A stretch of DNA of 60,640 bases, counting the filler. It is 5 parts of 5 records of this genome, joined end to end, with 100 filler letters (N's around TTAATTAATTAA, not from the genome) between each part and the next. Parts side by side here need not be neighbours in the genome. Positions count along the whole stretch, not along the records: positions 40,623 to 60,640 come from SRR31147125_20995; 4 more parts are not named here. The stretch is one strand, 5' to 3'. Below are positions 54,784 to 60,640 of the stretch, in pieces. Each line of letters begins with the position of its first letter. Within the stretch, counting starts at the first letter, position 1. The notes under the pieces were generated by a model. It made no database searches, was not told where the DNA came from, and saw only the letters and a list, made by a program, of their open reading frames with translations. The translations under genes and the position numbers were made by a program.

Positions 54784-57360
54784 ATGTTAAAAATAAGAAA
54801 ATTTCAAGTAAATCCATTACTTCCAAAGGAATTAATGGATTTACGCGAAATAGCATATAACCTTTACTGGTCGTGGGATCATGATATCCGTTCTTTATTT
54901 AGACGTCTGGATAGAAATTATTGGGATAAATGCGGCCAAAATCCTGTGCTCTTGCTTGGAAATATCGATCAAAAAGTTCTTGAACTTAGAGCCAAAGATG
55001 ATGGATATCTCGCCCACCTGGAAAGAGCAAAAGAAAACCTTCATGATTATTTATCCAGTCAAACCTGGTTTGATAAAAATTGTAGCACTCTTAATAAGGC
55101 ACGAGTTGCTTATTTTTCAATGGAATTTGGACTCACCAATTGCTTACCTATATATTCGGGCGGACTTGGCATTCTGGCGGCAGACCATCTAAAATCTGCC
55201 AGTGACCTGGGTATTCCCCTTGTTGGTGTCGGTTTGCTCTATCAGGAAGGATATTTCCAGCAATATTTATCCACTGATGGATGGCAACAGGAAACCAACG
55301 AAGAAAGAGATTTCTATAATATGCCCATTAAATGTGAACGAGACCCGGAGGGAAATCCAATTACAATTTCCGTGGATATGGCCGGGAAAAGTGTTTATGC
55401 CCAAATCTGGCGAGCCCAGGTGGGTAGAATATCATTGTATTTGCTGGACACCAACATTCCGGAAAATTCGCCCGAAGATCAATATATTACTGACAGACTT
55501 TATGGTGGTGATGAAGAATTACGTATTAAACAGGAGATATTACTCGGAATTGGTGGATTACGCGCCCTGGAAGTTCTGGGCATGAGGCCGGATGTGTGCC
55601 ATATGAACGAAGGTCATTCTGCCTTTCTCGCACTCGAAAGAGCACGAATCGCTATGCAGGAAAATGGCCTGGACTTTTCTCAAGCCAGACAGGGAACTCG
55701 TGTAGGAAACGTTTTTACAAGTCACACTCCTGTACCCGCTGGTATCGATGAGTTTGAAACGGGCCTTGTTGATAAATATTTAAAAGAATATAATAACGAC
55801 CTGAAACTGTCAACAGAAGAATTTCATAAACTGGGTGGTGTTAATTTACCACAAACAAATGGTAAATTCAACATGGCTATCTTTGCCATCAATATGGCTG
55901 GTTACTATAATGGAGTCAGCCGCTTGCATGGACGTGTAGCACGCAAAATGTGGAATTATATGTGGCCGGATGTACCGGAACAGGAAGTTCCGATTGGACA
56001 TGTAACAAATGGTATTCACTTTCGTACCTGGATGTCTCAGGATCTGTCTGAGCTTCTGAACCGCTATCTTGGGCCAAAATGGTTTCAAAATCCTGTTGAC
56101 GAAATTGTATGGTCTCGGGTCGATTCAATCCCGGATGAAGAATTGTGGCGAGCTCATGAGCGAAGCCGGGTGCAATTAGTTGCCTTTACACGAAAACAGC
56201 TACAGGAACAACTGGAAAAATCTGGCGCCAGTCAGGTTCAATTACAAATGGCAAAAGAGGTACTCGATCCCGAAGCGTTAACGATTGGTTTTGCTCGACG
56301 ATTTGCAGCTTATAAACGAGCTTTTCTTATTTTTAAGGATCTGGACCGACTCAAATCCATTCTTAACAAAAAAGACAAACCTGTGCAAATCATTTTAGCT
56401 GGCAAATCACATCCCCGGGATGATATTGGCAAGTCTATTATACGTGATATTATAAATATTATGAATAAGACAGATTATTCCCATCGCATCGTTTTTCTGG
56501 AAGATTACGATATGCACATCGCCTCTTACCTCGTTCAAGGTGTGGATGTGTGGCTCAATAATCCCAGAAAACCCAGAGAAGCAAGCGGAACCAGCGGCAT
56601 GAAAGCCGGAGCCAATGGTGTGCTGAATTTCAGTATCCTGGATGGATGGTGGGATGAAGCTTATGAAAGAGATCTTGGATGGAGTATCGGCCGTGGTGAA
56701 GAATATGAACATGATTCCATAGAGGAGCAGGACAAGGTGGAATCCGAAGCCATATATCATACCCTTGAAAACGAGATTGTTCCCGCATTTTATAATCGCG
56801 GTTCAAGCGGCATTCCTCGCGATTGGGTTCAAATGATGAAAAACAGTATCAAGAAATTGGGCCCTGTTTATAGTACCAATCGTATGGTACGGGATTATTG
56901 CACCAAATTCTATTTACCAGCTTCTGAAAGATGGAAAAGACTTGCAACAAACAAAATGCAAACAGCCAAAGACCTCACTGCCTGGAAAAAAAGAATAAAA
57001 GATAATTGGAATAAAATCAATTTTGAAAAAGTCGCTTTGAATGATGAAGCGGAAATTAAAGTGACGGAATCCTACAAGGTTAAAGCCTGGTTAAACATCG
57101 ATGGGCTCGATCCAAATGATCTAAGTGTTCAGGTTTATTATGGCCGAATTGATGCAGGCGGTCAGATTGCCAATGGCCATATCCTGCCAATGGCAATGGG
57201 TAAAAAGGAAGGTAATAAAACCTTTTTATACGAAATAGCCATACCTTGTGATACAACCGGACAACATGGCTTTGCATTACGCGTCCTGCCACAACATCCG
57301 GAACTGATCAATCCACATGAATTGGGACTGATCACATGGGAAAGCGGCAACACAATCTAA
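54784..57360 (+). CDS. glgP: Alpha-glucan (glycogen) phosphorylase
   Basis: AYNLYWSW, YSGGLGILA.DHLKSASD, HMNEGH, ARRFA.YKR, EASGTSGMK (PLP lysine). Confidence 0.96.
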   Translation: MLKIRKFQVNPLLPKELMDLREIAYNLYWSWDHDIRSLFRRLDRNYWDKCGQNPVLLLGNIDQKVLELRAKDDGYLAHLERAKENLHDYLSSQTWFDKNCSTLNKARVAYFSMEFGLTNCLPIYSGGLGILAADHLKSASDLGIPLVGVGLLYQEGYFQQYLSTDGWQQETNEERDFYNMPIKCERDPEGNPITISVDMAGKSVYAQIWRAQVGRISLYLLDTNIPENSPEDQYITDRLYGGDEELRIKQEILLGIGGLRALEVLGMRPDVCHMNEGHSAFLALERARIAMQENGLDFSQARQGTRVGNVFTSHTPVPAGIDEFETGLVDKYLKEYNNDLKLSTEEFHKLGGVNLPQTNGKFNMAIFAINMAGYYNGVSRLHGRVARKMWNYMWPDVPEQEVPIGHVTNGIHFRTWMSQDLSELLNRYLGPKWFQNPVDEIVWSRVDSIPDEELWRAHERSRVQLVAFTRKQLQEQLEKSGASQVQLQMAKEVLDPEALTIGFARRFAAYKRAFLIFKDLDRLKSILNKKDKPVQIILAGKSHPRDDIGKSIIRDIINIMNKTDYSHRIVFLEDYDMHIASYLVQGVDVWLNNPRKPREASGTSGMKAGANGVLNFSILDGWWDEAYERDLGWSIGRGEEYEHDSIEEQDKVESEAIYHTLENEIVPAFYNRGSSGIPRDWVQMMKNSIKKLGPVYSTNRMVRDYCTKFYLPASERWKRLATNKMQTAKDLTAWKKRIKDNWNKINFEKVALNDEAEIKVTESYKVKAWLNIDGLDPNDLSVQVYYGRIDAGGQIANGHILPMAMGKKEGNKTFLYEIAIPCDTTGQHGFALRVLPQHPELINPHELGLITWESGNTI

Positions 57361-57390
57361 CCTCTTTTGAAATGACATAGACATTTATTC

Positions 57391-57429
57391 AAAGCGAGAG
57401 GCTCAAACTCAGAACCTCTCGCTTTTTTT
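57391..57429 (+). terminator. Rho-independent terminator after glgP
   Basis: AAAGCGAGAGG...CCTCTCGCTTT followed by a T-run. Confidence 0.8.
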
Positions 57430-57557
57430 GTGTACTCACATTTTCTTTTTTATATCAATGCACACCCTTACTTAAAATAACTTGATAAAATCATGAAATG
57501 TGTTAAATTATTAAAGTTTTTTTTGTAAAATCACTTATTATAGGAAAAGCAGTCAAT

Positions 57558-58733
57558 ATGAATGAGAACTTTTACACAATCGACAGATTACCTCCCTATG
57601 TATTTGCTGAGGTAAATGAGGCCAAAATGAAGGCACGTTGGTCCGGTGAAGACATTATTGACCTTGGTATGGGCAATCCAGACCTGGCAACTCCCGATAA
57701 AATTGTAGAAAAACTTTGTGAAGCTGCCCAAAATCCCAGAAATCATCGATACTCTGCATCAAAAGGAATCTCCGGGCTTCGTCGTGCCATTACGGAATAT
57801 TATGATCAAAACTTTGATGTAAAACTGGATCCGGACACCGAAGCCATTGCCACGATCGGTGCTAAAGAAGGATTGGCTCACCTGGCTCTGGCGATTATTA
57901 GCCCTGGCGATAAAGTCCTTGTACCCAATCCTACTTATCCTATTCACTCTTATAGTGTCATCATTGCCAGAGGCGATCTACATACTGTACCACTGTTTGA
58001 CGCTGAACAATTTCTTCGGGATCTTGCGAAAAGTTATTGGGAAGTCTGGCCAAAGCCAAAACTGTTAATTGTCTCTTTTCCGCATAATCCGACAACAATC
58101 GATATTGATATTCACTTCTTTAAAGAACTCGTCGAATTTGCACGTAAAAGAGAGTTGACAATCATTCACGACTTTGCTTATGCTGACATTACCTTTGATG
58201 GTTACAAACCACCCAGCATATTGCAAGTTCCCGGTGCAAAAGATGTGGCTGTGGAATTTTATTCCATGTCCAAGAGCTTTAGCATGGCAGGATGGAGAGT
58301 TGGTTTCTGCCTGGGTAATCCTAAAATCGTAAATGCACTGGCTCGTATCAAAAGCTACCTCGATTATGGTATTTTTCAGCCTATTCAAATTGCGTCAGCA
58401 ACAGCATTACGTGAATGCCAAGATGCGATACCGGAAATCAACAAAACATATCAAACAAGACGTGATTGCCTCATAAGTGGCCTGGAAAGAATTGGTTGGA
58501 ATATTAAATCTCCCAGAAGTACCATGTTTGTTTGGGCAAAAATACCTGAAAAATATCAGCCCATGGGAAGTCTGGATTTCTCCAAATATCTCATCGAAAA
58601 AGCCAAGGTGGCTGTTTCTCCCGGAATGGGATTTGGTGCACATGGAGAAGGATATGTTCGATTTGCTTTGGTTGAAAATGAACAGCGCATCAGGCAGGCT
58701 ATTCGCGGAATCAGAAAGGCATTTCAGGAGTAA
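57558..58733 (+). CDS. alaC: Class I/II PLP aminotransferase (AlaC-like)
   Basis: [64 protein letters not shown]. Confidence 0.85.
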   Translation: MNENFYTIDRLPPYVFAEVNEAKMKARWSGEDIIDLGMGNPDLATPDKIVEKLCEAAQNPRNHRYSASKGISGLRRAITEYYDQNFDVKLDPDTEAIATIGAKEGLAHLALAIISPGDKVLVPNPTYPIHSYSVIIARGDLHTVPLFDAEQFLRDLAKSYWEVWPKPKLLIVSFPHNPTTIDIDIHFFKELVEFARKRELTIIHDFAYADITFDGYKPPSILQVPGAKDVAVEFYSMSKSFSMAGWRVGFCLGNPKIVNALARIKSYLDYGIFQPIQIASATALRECQDAIPEINKTYQTRRDCLISGLERIGWNIKSPRSTMFVWAKIPEKYQPMGSLDFSKYLIEKAKVAVSPGMGFGAHGEGYVRFALVENEQRIRQAIRGIRKAFQE

Positions 58734-58770
58734 TTTTTTCTGATTCCCCACATGTTTTTGAATTTATAAT

Positions 58771-58822
58771 AAAAAAGGATTGATAAAATTCAGATGTCTT
58801 TTGATTTTATCAATCCTTTTTT
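58771..58822. terminator. Bidirectional intrinsic terminator between convergent genes
   Basis: 19-bp inverted repeat AAAAAAGGATTGATAAAAT / ATTTTATCAATCCTTTTTT. Confidence 0.85.
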
Positions 58823-58905
58823 GCTTTTATAAATACTCTAAACAGTCTCTACTCAAACAACTTTTTCCTGGAAAACAGTTGCTTCAATCAATCCCTGATC
58901 CCGGC

Positions 58906-60639
58906 TTAATTGATTCTGTCCACAGCCTTTCGCGTGGCCATTAACAAAGGTTCTATACTAACCGGGCTGCCAACAGCCTCCTGCATCCAGGCATCCGGTG
59001 TAACAGAGCCAATCTTGCACATTCGCTCCATCTCAATCGCCAGGTTTTTATCCTTCAAATATTGTTCAATCTGAAACGAAATAATATGTCCAAGCGAATA
59101 GTCTGGCAGGTAAAGTCCAATATCAATCATATGAGAATAAACACCCAAAAGAATCACATCTTTTATACCAAAAAGTGGCGCAAAATAGTCATTCCAGACA
59201 TTTTTAGATATGTCCAGAACAGCGTCCCTCAGCTCCTGAGTTGTTGCCGTTGGATGCTCATACATCCAATGCCACACTTTCATATCCACCAAACCAACAG
59301 CGCCAATCTCGCATGTCGCCCAGTAATTAGCCAGGGCTTTTAAATCATCAGCAAAAGGATCCTCCTTGCTTAATCCTAAAAGTTCCAGATCCCGGGATTG
59401 AAAGACAAAAGCAAAGGCCTCGGTAAACGCTGTGTTCGGTACACCCTCCAGCATAATCTGATCTATACCATTTAACGAAAAAACCTGTTCCACATTATGG
59501 CCTAATTCGTGAATGGCAATATTATACCCTTTATAATTCATACCACCCATAGGGATTCGGGTTCTCAGGTGAGCCTTGTCTTCCCTTCTCATGGCACCCA
59601 TTGCATGCCCTGCGCCTCTCGAAGGATCAACAACTATTTTGTCAGCTAAATAACGTGCCTTTTCAGGTGAAAAACCAAGTTTTAGCAATATACCCGGCAC
59701 ATCTGCCTGAAACGCAGGGACGCTTTTATATTTCTCTGACACTTTTTTGTCAAGTTCTTTTTCATTAAAACCACCGCTCCCCTTAAAACCATTATACCAG
59801 ATGTCAAAAGGTTGCAGGTCTCTTCCAAGTCTGCTGGATATAAGATCCGCCACTTTTTGGGCCACAGGATCGGTTAATAACGATACCAAAATTTGTTCGA
59901 CTTTTTCTTCCGGGATTTCCCTATCCTTTTTAAAACGACGATCAATTTTACTTGGCAAACGTGGATTATATTTATCTGCCAGTTGTTCGGCATGAAATAT
60001 ATCCAATAAATGTTGATAACGATCAAGTGGCTCGGGATTCGCCTTTATCTTTTGTCCATTTTTATACGCCTCATTTGAAAATGGATTCCAGGTTACCGAC
60101 TCGTTATCTATCACTATTTCAGGGATATCCTGAGTGATAATTCGTTCCATGACTTTTGTGATCATTTTTTGGCGTTTCAAACCATCCTGATTGGCATACT
60201 GAGCCTTGAGCTCATCCCGTAATCCCCAATGCGTGATAAGTTTGAGACCTTCTGGAAATAAACGCTCTTTTTTATTATCCTGAAGCTGATGCATATAAAT
60301 ATTATAATTACTGATATAGTCATCTGCCTGCACGTATGCTTTAGTGACTTCCTGATTCACATAGGCAGGCACCCTGGACGAAAATTTTTGTGCCAGTCGG
60401 GTCTGCGCCCATTCAATTCTCGACCACTTTTGTCCATCACGAAGACGTTCTTCCAAAGTAGATAATGGGAAATTTAACAAGACAACAAAAGCAATTTTTG
60501 TTTTAAAAAGGTCGGCTTCTATATGAGCAAAAGGATCGTATTCCGCAAAAAGGTAATCCACTGGCAAAATTGCACCCATATCCAATTGAGTCGGCATTAA
60601 TAAATCGCGATTTATTTCATGGTTGTGGCCATATATCTG
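58906..60639 (-). CDS. Uncharacterised gluzincin-like (HExxH...E) protein, 5' truncated by window edge
   Basis: HELGHNVEQ...NTAFTEAFA; frame open to the window end. Confidence 0.7.
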   Translation of the reverse strand, partial: QIYGHNHEINRDLLMPTQLDMGAILPVDYLFAEYDPFAHIEADLFKTKIAFVVLLNFPLSTLEERLRDGQKWSRIEWAQTRLAQKFSSRVPAYVNQEVTKAYVQADDYISNYNIYMHQLQDNKKERLFPEGLKLITHWGLRDELKAQYANQDGLKRQKMITKVMERIITQDIPEIVIDNESVTWNPFSNEAYKNGQKIKANPEPLDRYQHLLDIFHAEQLADKYNPRLPSKIDRRFKKDREIPEEKVEQILVSLLTDPVAQKVADLISSRLGRDLQPFDIWYNGFKGSGGFNEKELDKKVSEKYKSVPAFQADVPGILLKLGFSPEKARYLADKIVVDPSRGAGHAMGAMRREDKAHLRTRIPMGGMNYKGYNIAIHELGHNVEQVFSLNGIDQIMLEGVPNTAFTEAFAFVFQSRDLELLGLSKEDPFADDLKALANYWATCEIGAVGLVDMKVWHWMYEHPTATTQELRDAVLDISKNVWNDYFAPLFGIKDVILLGVYSHMIDIGLYLPDYSLGHIISFQIEQYLKDKNLAIEMERMCKIGSVTPDAWMQEAVGSPVSIEPLLMATRKAVDRIN

Positions 60640-60640
60640 T

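Overview
The window is five unrelated contigs joined by artificial 100-nt spacers (N44-TTAATTAATTAA-N44), so adjacency across spacers means nothing. Contig 1 (1-9117, GC-rich) carries an isocyanide (isonitrile) biosynthetic cluster: a stand-alone PvcA/IsnA, a HAD phosphatase, a DUF442-type protein, an IsnA-IsnB (TauD-like) fusion and a glycosyltransferase, followed by a membrane protein and rfbA. Contig 2 (9218-17083) has a K+ channel, TfoX, enoyl-CoA hydratase, CoA transferase, GH127 and GH92. Contig 3 (17184-28389) is a Hyc/Hyf-type (group 4) membrane-bound [NiFe]-hydrogenase operon preceded by AsrA/AsrB-like genes. Its large subunit is interrupted by an in-frame TGA exactly at the second Cys of the N-terminal RxCGxC motif, followed by a bacterial SECIS-like hairpin, suggesting selenocysteine at a Ni-Fe bridging position rather than the usual C-terminal terminal-ligand site. 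This is the strongest candidate for a new system. Contig 4 (28490-40522, Desulfobacterota-like by gene content) has Wza/Wzc EPS genes (BY-kinase with an inserted DUF4388/MshEN-like region), an MCP, a PAS kinase, a sigma-54 regulator, an archaemetzincin and Cys-rich GcvH-like genes under a sigma-54 promoter with tandem enhancer boxes. Contig 5 (40623-60640) is housekeeping: atp operon, bactofilin, M23, parAB, ProDH, ligA, M48, glycogen phosphorylase, aminotransferase and a HExxH protein. Many genes carry single-base frameshifts, mostly in homopolymer runs, most likely sequencing errors. All assignments come from reading motifs by eye; no searches were run.
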